Below, piece by piece: positions 45,205 to 56,296 of a stretch of 64,000 nucleotides of DNA (the stretch's first letter is position 1; every line of letters starts with the position of its first letter). Source of the DNA: Desulforegulaceae bacterium (GTDB lineage: Bacteria; Desulfobacterota; Desulfobacteria; Desulfobacterales; JACKCP01); NCBI GenBank assembly GCA_034006035.1, contig JAVETN010000001.1:280532-344531 (forward strand), given 5' to 3'. Position numbers and translations under genes: made by a program. The notes under the pieces are model-generated. The model ran no database searches. It had not been told where the DNA came from and worked only from the letters and a program-made list of their open reading frames with translations.

Positions 45205-46137
45205 ATGACTGTTAAATATATAGTAAATATAATAAACGGCGGTAAAGTCAGAACTTTGTCGTTTTCGCGTTTTTTTGCTGTTATAGGACTTTTTATTTTT
45301 GCTCTTTTTGTTTCAGGCTCAATGCTTTTATTTTATGATTATATTTCTGTAAAAAAATCAGATTTAGAGCTTTTAAAAACACAAAAAGAACTTGAAAGAA
45401 AAAATGAGCTTATCCAAGCCCAGAGAAACAGGCTTCATTTTTTTGCAGAAGAAATAAACTTAATAAGAAACAATCTCGCAGAGCTTGGCAAGCTTGAAGA
45501 AAAAATAAGAATTATCGCAGATCTGGGCAAAAAAAACTCTGAGAATAATGAAGATAAAAGTATTTTTGGAATTGGCGGGGTAATGCCAGAACCCCTTGAC
45601 TCCAGGATAGGTTTGGAAAATTCTCACAGCTCCCTTGTCAGAGGGATCACAGACAATGCTGATTTACTGAAAAACATATCCTCAGTTAAAATTGAAAATT
45701 TGGAAGACCTTTTAGGTTCTCTTGAAACCAAGAGAAGTATGCTTGCTTCAACTCCTTCCATACGACCTGCAAAGGGCTGGGTAACCTCTCCTTTTGGCTA
45801 CAGAGAATCTCCTTTTACTGGAAAAAAAGAATTTCATGAAGGCTATGATATAGCAAACAGACATGGAACTCCTATTGTTGCTCCTGCTGACGGAATAGTT
45901 TCGTTTGCCGGGAAAAGAGGACTTCTTGGTACTGCAATTCTAATAGATCATGGACATGGAATTCTTACAAAATACGGCCATCTTTCCCAAACTCTTGTTC
46001 AATCAGGGCAGAAAGTTAAAAGAGGGCAGGAAATAGGCAAAATGGGAAATACAGGCAGAAGCACGGGCCCTCATCTTCATTATGTGGTTTATATGAACGG
46101 CAGGCCGGTAAATCCTGAAAAATACATTCTTGACTGA
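45205..46137 (+). CDS. M23-family peptidoglycan metalloendopeptidase with N-terminal TM + coiled coil
   Basis: LytM-type ligands are HEGYDIA (HxxxD) and GPHLHYVV (HxH). There is an N-terminal membrane anchor and a coiled-coil segment. Confidence 0.88.
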   Translation: MTVKYIVNIINGGKVRTLSFSRFFAVIGLFIFALFVSGSMLLFYDYISVKKSDLELLKTQKELERKNELIQAQRNRLHFFAEEINLIRNNLAELGKLEEKIRIIADLGKKNSENNEDKSIFGIGGVMPEPLDSRIGLENSHSSLVRGITDNADLLKNISSVKIENLEDLLGSLETKRSMLASTPSIRPAKGWVTSPFGYRESPFTGKKEFHEGYDIANRHGTPIVAPADGIVSFAGKRGLLGTAILIDHGHGILTKYGHLSQTLVQSGQKVKRGQEIGKMGNTGRSTGPHLHYVVYMNGRPVNPEKYILD

Positions 46138-46263
46138 TGGTTCAATATGAATCCGAATAAAACTTTTCCAGATTTTTCATCATTTTTCATCTTGTTGATT
46201 TTTACAAATTGATAAAAATTAAGAACTCATATTTGCTTTATTCAAAATATTTAATTAACTTAC

Positions 46264-46296
46264 AACCCTCCCTTCAAATTTAAGGAGGGTTTTTTG
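46264..46296 (+). terminator. Rho-independent terminator 127 nt downstream of the M23 gene
   Basis: aaccctcc (46264-46271) pairs with ggagggtt (46284-46291), followed by a T-run to 46295. Confidence 0.7.
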
Positions 46297-46609
46297 ATTT
46301 TGATATTTTGACATATTTGGTTTATAAGCAATTTCATTTAAAGCTTGGTGTTGATTTTGGTTTTCAAATATAAAAAACTTTGTTTAATTCAAAAAATGAT
46401 TGTTCAAAATTAAAGTTTTCTATCAAAATTAATAATAGAGAACAGACTGAACACAATAAATAAACCTTATTTCAGGGTTAAATTTTGAAGATGACTTGGA
46501 AGTGGACAAAGAATATGTTTTTATTTGTTATTTATATTAATACTAAGGCTTAACAATAATATATCTCTAGTCTGCAACAGTTTACAAAACAAACTTATAA
46601 GGAATTAAA

Positions 46610-49156
46610 ATGATAATAAACCTTTTAAAAGCTTTATTTGGAACAAGAAATGAAAGACAGCTTAAAAGAATATCAAAAATAGTTGAAGATGTTAATAATT
46701 TTGAGTCTTCTGTCAGTGAACTTTCAGATGAGGAGCTCAAAGAAAAAACCAGCGAATTTAAGAAAAGATATTCTGAAGGGGAAAGTCTTGAATCGATTCT
46801 GCCTGAAGCTTTTGCCGTAGTAAGAGAAACGTCTGTAAGAATACTTGAAATGAGACATTTTGATTGCCAGATAGTCGGCGGGGTAGTTCTTCATGAAGGT
46901 AATATTGCTGAAATGAAAACAGGTGAAGGTAAAACTCTTGTTGCAACCCTTCCTGCATATCTTAACGCAATAACAGGAAAAGGTGTGCACATAATCACAG
47001 TAAACGATTATCTTGCAAAAAGAGACTCTGAATGGATGGGCAAGCTTTTCATTTTCCTGGGTCTTTCTGTTGGAGTAATCACCCATGGACTCAATGACAG
47101 GGAAAGGCAAGATGCTTATAATTGCGATATAGTTTATGGAACTAACAATGAGTTTGGTTTTGACTATTTGCGTGACAATATGAAATTCAGGAAAGAAGAT
47201 CTTGTGCAAAGGGAGCTTAACTTTGCAATTGTTGACGAGGTTGATTCAATCTTAATAGATGAAGCAAGAACTCCTCTTATAATTTCAGGGCCGGCAGAAA
47301 AATCTACAGAGCTTTATAATATGGCTGATTTGGTTGTAAGAAAACTTGATAATGAAATTCATTATACAGTTGATGAAAAAGACAAGAACTCTCTTTTAAC
47401 AGATGAAGGTATACTTAAAATACAAAAAGAACTTGATATAAAAAACATCTACGACCCTTCACATATTGAAACCCTTCATCATGTCAATCAGTCGTTGAAA
47501 GCTCATACTATATTTAAAAGAGATGTGGATTATATAGTAAATGAGGGTCAGGTTGTCATAGTTGATGAGTTTACAGGAAGGCTTATGCCAGGAAGAAGAT
47601 TCAGTGAAGGTCTTCACCAGGCACTGGAAGCCAAAGAAAATGTAAAAATTGAAAATGAAAACCAAACTCTTGCTTCTATCACTTTCCAAAATTATTTTAG
47701 AATGTACAACGTGCTTAGCGGGATGACAGGTACTGCTGAAACAGAAGCAAAGGAGTTTGCTGAAATTTACGGCCTTGAAGTTGTTGTGGTTCCAACAAAC
47801 AAACCCCTTGTAAGAAAGGATTTTCCTGATGTAATTTTTAAGACTAAGCAGGAAAAATATGAAGCTGCAATAAAAGAAATTTCTGATTGCTATAAAAAAG
47901 GTCAGCCTGTTCTTGTGGGTACAGTATCCATTGATGTTTCTGAATATTTCAGCAAAATGCTGAAAAAAAGAGGGGTGCCCCATGAAGTTTTAAACGCAAA
48001 ACATCACGAAAAAGAAGCTGAGATTGTTGCCCTTGCAGGCCAGAAAAAGTCGGTGACTATTTCAACAAATATGGCAGGTCGAGGAACTGATATTGTTCTT
48101 GGAGAAGGTGTGGTTGAACTTGGTGGACTTCATATTATAGGAACGGGAAGACATGAGTCAAGAAGGATTGATAATCAGCTGAGGGGGCGTTCAGGCCGTC
48201 AGGGAGATCCAGGTTCTTCAAGGTTTTATCTTTCACTGGAAGATGAACTTTTAAGAATTTTTGGTGGTGAAAAAATTACAAGAGTAATGGATCGTCTTGG
48301 AATGAAAGAAGGGGAAACAATTGAACACGGGATTATTTCAAGAGCCATTGAAAATGCTCAGAAAAAAGTAGAAGGACATAACTTTGACATAAGAAAGCAT
48401 CTCCTTGAATACGATGATGTCATGAATGCTCAAAGAGAAGTGATTTACAGGGAAAGAAAAGAAGCTTTAACCAATGAAGACCTTAAGGGAAAAATAACTG
48501 ATATTATTGAAAACAAGTCTTTTGTTGTTGTATCAGAATTTTTGAGTTCTAAAGCCGAAGACAAAACCCGTGATTATGGATGGGAAGCTTTTAAAGCCAA
48601 GGTAAAAAAAGAAGTCAGCTTTGAACTTGATATATTATCTGATAAAGATATTGAAGAGCTGAGTCAGGAAGAGCTTATAGAAATTGTTTATTCTCAGGCT
48701 ATGGAGGAATACAGCAGGAAAGAAGAGCTTATAGGTTCTTCAAGCATGAGGGAACTTGAGCATTTTATCATTCTTCAGACTGTGGACACCCTGTGGAAAG
48801 ATCATCTTCTTAATATGGATCACTTAAAAGAAGGCATTGGGCTGAGAGGCTATGCCCAGCAAAACCCTCTGATTATTTACAAAAAAGAAGGTTTTGATAT
48901 GTTTCAGTCGATGATTGAAAAAATTCAGGACGAAATAGTAAATATTCTTATGCGTATAGAAATACAAAACGGATATGAAGAGGAAAAAAAACCTTTATTC
49001 TCAGAAGTTGAAGAGGATAAAATGGTTTTCTCAAGGGGGGATGATGATTCCCAGCCAAATAGAAAAACAATAAAAAGACAGCAACGAAAAATAGGCAGAA
49101 ATGAGCTTTGTCCCTGTGGAAGCGGTAAGAAATATAAAAGATGTTGCGGGGCATAA
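46610..49156 (+). CDS. secA: Preprotein translocase ATPase SecA (with C-terminal SEC-C zinc motif)
   Basis: [14 protein letters not shown] Walker [30 protein letters not shown] and the C-terminal [18 protein letters not shown]. 848 aa. Confidence 0.98.
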   Translation: MIINLLKALFGTRNERQLKRISKIVEDVNNFESSVSELSDEELKEKTSEFKKRYSEGESLESILPEAFAVVRETSVRILEMRHFDCQIVGGVVLHEGNIAEMKTGEGKTLVATLPAYLNAITGKGVHIITVNDYLAKRDSEWMGKLFIFLGLSVGVITHGLNDRERQDAYNCDIVYGTNNEFGFDYLRDNMKFRKEDLVQRELNFAIVDEVDSILIDEARTPLIISGPAEKSTELYNMADLVVRKLDNEIHYTVDEKDKNSLLTDEGILKIQKELDIKNIYDPSHIETLHHVNQSLKAHTIFKRDVDYIVNEGQVVIVDEFTGRLMPGRRFSEGLHQALEAKENVKIENENQTLASITFQNYFRMYNVLSGMTGTAETEAKEFAEIYGLEVVVVPTNKPLVRKDFPDVIFKTKQEKYEAAIKEISDCYKKGQPVLVGTVSIDVSEYFSKMLKKRGVPHEVLNAKHHEKEAEIVALAGQKKSVTISTNMAGRGTDIVLGEGVVELGGLHIIGTGRHESRRIDNQLRGRSGRQGDPGSSRFYLSLEDELLRIFGGEKITRVMDRLGMKEGETIEHGIISRAIENAQKKVEGHNFDIRKHLLEYDDVMNAQREVIYRERKEALTNEDLKGKITDIIENKSFVVVSEFLSSKAEDKTRDYGWEAFKAKVKKEVSFELDILSDKDIEELSQEELIEIVYSQAMEEYSRKEELIGSSSMRELEHFIILQTVDTLWKDHLLNMDHLKEGIGLRGYAQQNPLIIYKKEGFDMFQSMIEKIQDEIVNILMRIEIQNGYEEEKKPLFSEVEEDKMVFSRGDDDSQPNRKTIKRQQRKIGRNELCPCGSGKKYKRCCGA

Positions 49157-49221
49157 CTTGATTTAAATTGATTTAATGTTTACGATTAATAAAAAAGAAA
49201 GGTTTGAGGAGGGAGGAAAGT

Positions 49222-49536
49222 ATGGCTTTAAACCATCCGGGTACTCAAGATCAAACTAGATCCAAGAACTCGGAAAAAATAAAGGAGCCTCCTTTATATA
49301 AGGTGCTTTTACATAACGATGACTATACTACCATGGAATTTGTTGTTGACGTTCTTATCAGTGTTTTTCACAAGTCAGAATCAGAAGCTGAACAAATAAT
49401 GCTCAATGTTCATAAAAAAGGTATTGGTATTTGCGGAGTGTATCCTTATGAATTAGCCGAAACCAAAGTGGAAACAGTAACTGCTCTAGCTAAAAACAGT
49501 GGGTTTCCATTAAAAAGTACAATGGAGAAGGCCTGA
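49222..49536 (+). CDS. clpS: ATP-dependent Clp protease adaptor ClpS
   Basis: PPLYKVLLHNDDYTTMEFVVDVL..AEQIMLNVHKKGIGICGVY. Start moved to ATG 49222 (GAGGGAGG SD); the listed TTG is at 49204. Confidence 0.93.
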   Translation: MALNHPGTQDQTRSKNSEKIKEPPLYKVLLHNDDYTTMEFVVDVLISVFHKSESEAEQIMLNVHKKGIGICGVYPYELAETKVETVTALAKNSGFPLKSTMEKA

Positions 49537-49539
49537 CAT

Positions 49540-51783
49540 ATGATAAGCAAGGAATTAAGTGCAACCTTGGGTTTTGCTGTAAGAGAAGCTAAGAAAAGAA
49601 GGCATGAATATGTTTGCGTGGAGCATGTTCTTTTTGCAATCCTTCATGACGCACACGGAGTTGAGATAATTGAATCCTGTGGCGGCAATATTCACATTTT
49701 AAAAACAGATCTTAAAACATACTTTGATGAACATCTTGAAGTCATGCCTGAAGAATCAAACTATGTTCTTCAGCAGACCGTGGGTTTTCAAAGGGTGATT
49801 CAAAGGGCGGTTAACCATGCAAGAGCAGCTGAAAAACGGATAATTAATGTTGGAGATATTCTTGTATCAATTTTTGAAGAAGAGTATTCTCACTCAGCTT
49901 TTTTTCTGAAAAAAGAAAAAATTCAAAGGATTGATATCTTAAATTATATTTCCCATGGTTCCGGTTTTGAAAAAGGAGGAAGGCAAAAGGCAGCTTTTGA
50001 TTCAGAGTCTTCCGAAGAACGGCCTGGAAAAGATAATTCCGCACTTTCTCTTTATACAATAGATATGCTTGAAAAAGCAGCTGCAGGCAAAATTGACCCG
50101 CTTATTGGCCGGGAAGATGAATTAAAAAGAACAATGCAGGTTTTATGCCGGAGGAGAAAAAACAACCCTGTTTACGTAGGGGATCCCGGGGTAGGTAAAA
50201 CTGCAATAGCAGAAGGGCTTGCTAGAAAAATTTTTGAAGGTGATGTTCCAGATAAGCTTGTCAATTCAAGTGTTTATTCTCTTGACTTAAGTGCATTGCT
50301 TGCCGGAACAAAGTTCAGAGGTGACTTTGAACAAAGATTGAAAAAAGTTTTGAGTGAGCTTGAAGAAACTGAAGATGCCATACTTTTTATTGATGAAATC
50401 CATACCATAGTAGGTGCAGGTGCTACAAATTCAGGTTCTATGGATGCTTCAAACATTTTAAAGCCCTCTTTAACAAGCGGAAGTTTCAGGTGTGTTGGTT
50501 CAACAACCCATGAAGAGTTTAAAAATCATTTTGAAAAGGACAGAGCTTTGTCCAGAAGATTTGAAAAAATTGACATTTCAGAGCCTTCAGAAGAGGAAAC
50601 CATTGAAATTTTGAACGGTCTTAAGTCAACCTATGAGCTTTTTCATGGGATAGAGTATTCAAAAGAGGCCATTGAATCTGCAGTAAAGCTTTCTTTGAGG
50701 CATTTGAATGAAAGATATCTTCCTGATAAAGCAATAGACGTAATCGATGAAGTTGGAGCAATGACCGCTCTTTCAGATAAAAAGATAGAAGTTGTCAGTG
50801 AAAAAGAAATCATTGATGTTATTTCCAAAATGGCAAAAGTTCCTCTTCAGCAGATGAGTGGAAATGATAAAAATAAACTTGCAAAACTAGGGGATGAAAT
50901 AAAAAAATATCTCTTTGGTCAGGATAGTGCAGTTGATTCTGTTGTTTCAGCAATAAAAAGATCAAAAGCAGGTCTTGGTTCAATTGAAAAGCCAATAGGT
51001 TCTTTTCTTTTCACAGGCCCTACTGGAGTTGGAAAAACTGAACTTGCAAAACAGGTAGCTAAAACTCTTGGAATAAGTTTTTTAAGATTTGATATGTCGG
51101 AATATATGGAAAAACATTCAGTTTCAAGGCTGATAGGCTCTCCTCCCGGATATGTTGGTTTTGATCAGGGTGGGCTCCTAACAGACTCAATTAGAAAAAA
51201 CCCCCATTGCGTTCTTCTTTTAGATGAAATTGAAAAAGCCCATCTGGATATTTATAATATTTTGCTCCAGGTAATGGATTATGGTCAGCTCACAGATAAC
51301 AACGGAAGATTTGCTGACTTTAAAAATGTTATTCTTATGATGACTTCCAATGCAGGTGCAAGAGAAATGGCTTCAAAGTCAATAGGTTTTGGAAACCAGG
51401 GCTCTGATTCCAGGTTTAAGGGAAAGAGTGCCTTAAACCAGATATTTTCTCCGGAATTTAGAAACAGACTTGATGAAATAGTTTATTTTAATCAGCTTGA
51501 CCAGGATATTATATTCAAAGTAGTGGAAAAGTTTATTGATGAAATGAGAGCACAGCTTAAAGAAAAGAAAGTCAATATAAAAGTTACAAAAAAGGCAAAG
51601 GAATATCTTTCAGAAAAAGGTTATGATCAAGTATACGGGGCAAGACCCCTTGAAAGACTTATTCAGACTGAGATAAAGGATAAACTGGTTGACGAACTTC
51701 TTTTTGGCAGACTTTCAGAGGGTGGTAAACTAACTATAGGATCCAGAAATAACAGTTTGACCTTTAACTATAAAAAGAACTGA
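49540..51783 (+). CDS. clpA: ATP-dependent Clp protease ATP-binding subunit ClpA
   Basis: A Clp-N domain is followed by two AAA+ modules (GDPGVGKTAIAEGLA; GPTGVGKTELAKQ). There is no long ClpB-type middle domain. It follows clpS directly. Confidence 0.93.
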   Translation: MISKELSATLGFAVREAKKRRHEYVCVEHVLFAILHDAHGVEIIESCGGNIHILKTDLKTYFDEHLEVMPEESNYVLQQTVGFQRVIQRAVNHARAAEKRIINVGDILVSIFEEEYSHSAFFLKKEKIQRIDILNYISHGSGFEKGGRQKAAFDSESSEERPGKDNSALSLYTIDMLEKAAAGKIDPLIGREDELKRTMQVLCRRRKNNPVYVGDPGVGKTAIAEGLARKIFEGDVPDKLVNSSVYSLDLSALLAGTKFRGDFEQRLKKVLSELEETEDAILFIDEIHTIVGAGATNSGSMDASNILKPSLTSGSFRCVGSTTHEEFKNHFEKDRALSRRFEKIDISEPSEEETIEILNGLKSTYELFHGIEYSKEAIESAVKLSLRHLNERYLPDKAIDVIDEVGAMTALSDKKIEVVSEKEIIDVISKMAKVPLQQMSGNDKNKLAKLGDEIKKYLFGQDSAVDSVVSAIKRSKAGLGSIEKPIGSFLFTGPTGVGKTELAKQVAKTLGISFLRFDMSEYMEKHSVSRLIGSPPGYVGFDQGGLLTDSIRKNPHCVLLLDEIEKAHLDIYNILLQVMDYGQLTDNNGRFADFKNVILMMTSNAGAREMASKSIGFGNQGSDSRFKGKSALNQIFSPEFRNRLDEIVYFNQLDQDIIFKVVEKFIDEMRAQLKEKKVNIKVTKKAKEYLSEKGYDQVYGARPLERLIQTEIKDKLVDELLFGRLSEGGKLTIGSRNNSLTFNYKKN

Positions 51784-52487
51784 TGCCTGTATTTCAACTT
51801 ACTTCAAGAGTTTCTTTTCCTCCTCCTGAATATGCGGATAAATCAGGCCTTCTTGCCATGGGAGGAGATCTTAAGCCCGAAAGAATATTAGCGGCCTATA
51901 AAATGGGCATTTTCCCCTGGTTTGATGATTCGTCTCCATATTTGTGGTGGTCGCCTGACCCAAGGGCTGTTTTGTTTATAAAAGATTTTCATATTCCCAA
52001 ATCTCTTAAAAAAACAATAAAAAAACAAAAGTTTTCTGTTTCCCTGGATAGAGATTTTGAGCTAGTTATAAGAATGTGTGCTGATGTTAGAATAAAAAAC
52101 AACCAGGAAACATGGATTACTGAGGAAATGGCAGAAGCATATATAAAACTTTACAAAGCAGGTTATGCCCATTCTGTTGAGGTTTGGAATAATAATAAGA
52201 TCGCAGGAGGTCTTTACGGGGTATCCATTGGCAATGTTTTTTATGGAGAATCCATGTTTACACTTGAATCCGATGCCTCAAAAACAGGGTTTGTCTATCT
52301 TGTAAAACAGCTGGAAAAATGGGAGTTTCCCATGATTGATTGCCAGGTGAAAACTGATAATCTTAAAAGGTTTGGAGCAAAAGAAATTCCAAGAAGATTT
52401 TTTTTAACCTACCTTGAAGAACTTGCTGATGAAGGTAATTTACCCCCTGGAAGATGGACTTTTGACAAAAGCCTTGAGGTGATTTGA
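51783..52487 (+). CDS. aat: Leucyl/phenylalanyl-tRNA-protein transferase
   Basis: GLLAMGGDL, AYKMGIFPWF, WWSPDPRAV, GGLYGVSIGNVFYGESMF and IDCQ parallel E. coli Aat. The ATG overlaps the clpA stop (TGATG). Confidence 0.93.
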   Translation: MPVFQLTSRVSFPPPEYADKSGLLAMGGDLKPERILAAYKMGIFPWFDDSSPYLWWSPDPRAVLFIKDFHIPKSLKKTIKKQKFSVSLDRDFELVIRMCADVRIKNNQETWITEEMAEAYIKLYKAGYAHSVEVWNNNKIAGGLYGVSIGNVFYGESMFTLESDASKTGFVYLVKQLEKWEFPMIDCQVKTDNLKRFGAKEIPRRFFLTYLEELADEGNLPPGRWTFDKSLEVI

Positions 52488-52491
52488 GCAA

Positions 52492-53910
52492 ATGAAAAAT
52501 ACCTACCTTTTTTATGATATTGAAACAAGCGGGTTAAGCAAATGTTTTGATCAAATTGTTCAGTTTGCGGCCATAAGAACCGATCTTGAATTTAATCGGC
52601 TTGAAACCCATAATTTTAAAATTAAGTTAAGAGATGACATTGTTATTTCCCCTGAAGCCCTTTTGGTTCACAAGATGGGGCCAAAGCAGTTAAAAGACGG
52701 AGTTTCAGAATTAGACGGGGTTTTAGAAATTCACAGACTTTTAAATACTCCAGGAACAATTTCCCTTGGATACAATACTTTGGGTTTTGATGATGAATTT
52801 TTAAGGTTTTCTTTTTATAGGAATCTTTTACCCCCATACACTCATCAGTTTAAAAACAATTGTTCCAGAATGGATATCTATCCAATGGCAGTCTTTTTTT
52901 ATCTTTTTTCGAAAAATTCAATTTCATGGCCGTTTTTGGAAGACAAGGTTTCCCTTAAACTTGAAAATCTTATTTCATTTAACAATCTTACAAAGGGAAC
53001 TGCCCATGATGCCTTGGCCGATGTTGAAGCAACACTTAATCTTTCCAGGCTTTTTTCAAAGGAGGAAAAGGTTTTCAAGTATATAAAAGATTTTTATTTG
53101 AAAAAAAATGATCAAAAAAGGAGTGAGTCCCTTGATGAGGCTTTTCAAAGTGTATTCGGGATTCATAGGGCTGGAATTTTTATTCATGGAAAACTAGGAG
53201 CTGACAATGAGTTTATGGCTCCTTATCTTTGCCTGGGAAATTCTATCCCATATTCCAATCAAACAGTCTGGCTTAGATTGGATTCTGAAGAAATCTTGAC
53301 AATTACCAAGGAAACCATCGAGGAAAAAACTTTTGTAACAAGAAAAAAATATGGTGAACCTCCATTTGTTCTTCCTTTTTATCAAAGATTTAGATCAAAA
53401 ATATCTGAGGACAGACTGAGGATCTTTGAGGAAAATCTTAAATTTTTTAAAAAAAATCAGAATCTTTTTAAAGAAGTTTGTAATTATCATCTAAACTATA
53501 GATACCCTGTAATTGAAGGAGTTGATGAAGATGCTCTTTTGTATGTAAGGGGTTTTTTAAACAATTATGAAGTTGAAAAATGCAGGCGTTTTTTAGAAGC
53601 AGACCTTGATGATAAAATTAAGACTGTTAATGGACTTGATGAAATAAATAAAAAGCTTGGGAAAAGAATTCTTTTTAGAAACTATGATCTTAGAGATTTT
53701 AAGGAGATTGAAGAGGAAAAAAGAAAGTATTTTGAAAAGATAAATCCAGAGGATCCAGGCAGTGCTCTAATTGACTATATGGGCAATAAAAGAATTTTGC
53801 CAAAGGAAGCTGTTTTTACAATAAATGAGTTTTTAAAATCAGATATAAATGAATCTGACAAACAGCTTTTGCTTGATTTAAAGGCAGATATTGATCAAAA
53901 TTTTTATTAA
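52492..53910 (+). CDS. sbcB: Exodeoxyribonuclease I
   Basis: YLFYDIETSGL (Exo I), QFAAIRTD, LGYNTLGFDDEFLRFSFYRN and AHDALADVEAT parallel E. coli SbcB. 472 aa. Confidence 0.9.
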   Translation: MKNTYLFYDIETSGLSKCFDQIVQFAAIRTDLEFNRLETHNFKIKLRDDIVISPEALLVHKMGPKQLKDGVSELDGVLEIHRLLNTPGTISLGYNTLGFDDEFLRFSFYRNLLPPYTHQFKNNCSRMDIYPMAVFFYLFSKNSISWPFLEDKVSLKLENLISFNNLTKGTAHDALADVEATLNLSRLFSKEEKVFKYIKDFYLKKNDQKRSESLDEAFQSVFGIHRAGIFIHGKLGADNEFMAPYLCLGNSIPYSNQTVWLRLDSEEILTITKETIEEKTFVTRKKYGEPPFVLPFYQRFRSKISEDRLRIFEENLKFFKKNQNLFKEVCNYHLNYRYPVIEGVDEDALLYVRGFLNNYEVEKCRRFLEADLDDKIKTVNGLDEINKKLGKRILFRNYDLRDFKEIEEEKRKYFEKINPEDPGSALIDYMGNKRILPKEAVFTINEFLKSDINESDKQLLLDLKADIDQNFY

Positions 53911-53924
53911 TATTTGAATAGCCT

Positions 53925-54650
53925 ATGGTTCAGGTTATGAAAAGGATAATTAAAATGGCAGAAAAAACTTATGAATTTTATCTTGAACCTAGTTTTTTCA
54001 TAGACTCTGAACATCCTGTAATTAAAGATTTTGTAAAAAAAAATTTATCAATGGAAATGAGTGAAAAAGAAAAGGCAATAGCCCTTTTCTATACTGTAAG
54101 GGATCAGGTTTTTTACAATCCCTATGAGATTGACTTTACACACAAAGGCATGAAGGCAAGCTCGATAATCAAGAAAGGAAAAGGTTATTGTGTTGCCAAA
54201 GCTGTGGCTCTTTGTGCTGTTTTAAGAGCTGCAAAAATCCCCTCAAGGCTTGGTCTTGCAGATGTTAAAAATCATCTTACCACAAAAAGGCTCAGGGAAA
54301 TAATGGGGACAGATATCTTTTATTATCATGGGTATACAGAAATTTATCTAAATGGAAACTGGATTAAGGCAACCCCTACATTCAATAAGGAATTGTGCGA
54401 AAAATTTAAGGTAAAACCCCTTGATTTTGATGGAGAAAAGGACTCCCTTTTCCATGAATTCGATGATAAGGGCAGAAAACATATGTCCTATATAAAAGAT
54501 TTTGGGCATTATGATGAACTTCCGTTTGACGAGATTTTAAGAAGATCCATTGATGTATATAAAAATATTTTTACAAAGTTTAATAAAACAGTCTCCGGAG
54601 ATTTTGGAAAGGAAGCAGAGGAAGATTTTAAGGGCGGCCTTAAAAAATAA
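53925..54650 (+). CDS. Transglutaminase-like cysteine protease-fold protein
   Basis: GKGYCVAKAVALCAVLRAAKIPSRL is the catalytic-Cys region. YHGYTEIYLNGNWIKATPT is the His region. The start is uncertain among several Met codons. Confidence 0.75.
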   Translation: MVQVMKRIIKMAEKTYEFYLEPSFFIDSEHPVIKDFVKKNLSMEMSEKEKAIALFYTVRDQVFYNPYEIDFTHKGMKASSIIKKGKGYCVAKAVALCAVLRAAKIPSRLGLADVKNHLTTKRLREIMGTDIFYYHGYTEIYLNGNWIKATPTFNKELCEKFKVKPLDFDGEKDSLFHEFDDKGRKHMSYIKDFGHYDELPFDEILRRSIDVYKNIFTKFNKTVSGDFGKEAEEDFKGGLKK

Positions 54651-54686
54651 TCAGAGCGGAAATTAATTCCGCCCTGTAAATTTTGA

Positions 54687-55241
54687 CTAAAGCATATCTT
54701 TTTTTAAGCCTTTATCTATTGGATTATCACCAAGCCAGATTCCAATAAGAGCTTTTTTAAAATCAAGACCTTCAATAATTCCTTTTTCAGTCCCGTTTTT
54801 TGAAACAACAACCCCAGTTCCAGGAAGATATGCCATCATAAATTCATCTCCTTTGACGATTTCGTCATTGAAGCAATTGTTGAAAAGATCTATGCTATCC
54901 TGAATGGTAGCCTGATTACCATTGGTTGAGGCTTCAAAACCCTCTGTCATTGCTTCCTGCATTTTTTCTTTTGTAACCAGACCTGTAGTGATAACAAGTT
55001 TTACAGCCATGGGTTCATCAGCACTGATAATTGCTTTTGAATCACTGTTTTTTTCTTTAAGGTAAAGGCCGCATGCATAAACTTTGATAAAAGCTTTTTT
55101 CCTTAGTCCTGCTCCGTTAAGAACCATATTTTTACCCGAAATTTTCATTTGCTCAAGAAAATTAACTCCAGAAACTTCCTTGGCAGAAACTGCCGGTGTG
55201 AACATAAAAGCAACAATTAAAACAGCTAATAATTTTTTCAT
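54687..55241 (-). CDS. Chalcone-isomerase-like family exported protein
   Basis: MVLNGAGLRKKAFIKVYACGLYL is the signature of bacterial CHI-like proteins. Signal peptide MKKLLAVLIVAFMFTPAVSA. Start moved to ATG 55241 (AAGGAG SD) from the listed 55346. Confidence 0.7.
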   Translation of the reverse strand: MKKLLAVLIVAFMFTPAVSAKEVSGVNFLEQMKISGKNMVLNGAGLRKKAFIKVYACGLYLKEKNSDSKAIISADEPMAVKLVITTGLVTKEKMQEAMTEGFEASTNGNQATIQDSIDLFNNCFNDEIVKGDEFMMAYLPGTGVVVSKNGTEKGIIEGLDFKKALIGIWLGDNPIDKGLKKDML

Positions 55242-55360
55242 AGTTCTGCTCCTTTTGATTTTTAATTCTTTTAGGTTTGAATTAGTATGATTTTTATTAA
55301 AATAACGATGTTGTTGGTTATTAACGTAAAATTTAATCAGATTCAAGTGTTAACAATACT

Positions 55361-56296
55361 TCAGCCAATCTGAGTTTTAGTTAAATCAATTGAGCCTTTA
55401 AGTTCATCAATAGAAAAGAGTTTATTTTTATTCATGAATTTTGAAATTCCTTTGATAATTTTTTCACAGGTTTTTGGATCAATGAAATTTCCTGTACCTA
55501 CCTGAACAGCAGATGCACCTGCAATAATAAATGAAAGGGCGTCTTCATAATTTGTTATTCCGCCTATTCCTATCACAGGTATTTTAACACAGGAGGAGGC
55601 TTCATAAACCATTCTTAAAGCAACGGGCCTTATGGCAGGACCTGAAAGACCTCCTGTTATATTTGCAAGCATGGGTTTTCTTGTATTTATATCTATGGCC
55701 ATTCCTGTGATAGTATTGATAAGTGAAAGTGCGTCAGCTCCAGAATCTTCTGCACTTTTGGCTATAGGCCTTATATCTGTAACATTTGGTGTTAGTTTGA
55801 CAATCAGGGTTTTTTTTGTTTTTTTTCTTATTTTTGAGACAAGACTTGAGCAGACTTCTGGAGACGTTCCAAAGGCAAGCCCCCCTTTTTTTACATTAGG
55901 ACATGAAATATTTACTTCAATAGCAGAAATTCTTTCTTCTTTTTCAATTATTTCAGTTAATTCTTCATAGTCAGCTTCGGTTTGGCCGTATATATTGGCA
56001 ATAATTGGAGTGGTGAATTTTGATAATAGAGGAAGTCTTGATTTAATAAATTTATTTATTCCTATATTTTCAAGTCCAACTGCATTTAAAAGACCCGAAG
56101 GGGTTTCAACAACCCTTGGGTGAGGGTTTCCTGAAGAAGGCTTTAGAGAAAGTCCTTTTACAATGATTGCTCCAAGGCTTTCAGGATTTATTTGATCAAA
56201 ATATTCTACCCCGTATCCAAAGGTTCCTGATGCTGGCATCACAGGATTTTTCAGTTCAAGAGTTCCGATTTTTACTTTAAGATTAAGTTTTTTCAT
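55361..56296 (-). CDS. pyrD: Dihydroorotate dehydrogenase, class 1 (1B-type catalytic subunit)
   Basis: NPVMPASGTFGYG, the active-site Cys segment EVNISCPNVK, GGLSGPAIRP and VIGIGGI. No pyrK partner is visible next to it. Confidence 0.92.
   Translation of the reverse strand: MKKLNLKVKIGTLELKNPVMPASGTFGYGVEYFDQINPESLGAIIVKGLSLKPSSGNPHPRVVETPSGLLNAVGLENIGINKFIKSRLPLLSKFTTPIIANIYGQTEADYEELTEIIEKEERISAIEVNISCPNVKKGGLAFGTSPEVCSSLVSKIRKKTKKTLIVKLTPNVTDIRPIAKSAEDSGADALSLINTITGMAIDINTRKPMLANITGGLSGPAIRPVALRMVYEASSCVKIPVIGIGGITNYEDALSFIIAGASAVQVGTGNFIDPKTCEKIIKGISKFMNKNKLFSIDELKGSIDLTKTQIG

Noticed and set aside
46724-47983. 161-aa and 174-aa minus-strand ORFs inside secA
   Set aside because: They are antisense to an unambiguous SecA frame. 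Their F/K/I-rich translations are typical of the antisense strand of AT-rich genes.
54656-54672. Short hairpin (gcggaa/ttccgc) between the transglutaminase-like gene and the CHI-like gene, as a terminator
   Set aside because: The stem is only ~6 bp and there is no adjacent T-run on either strand.
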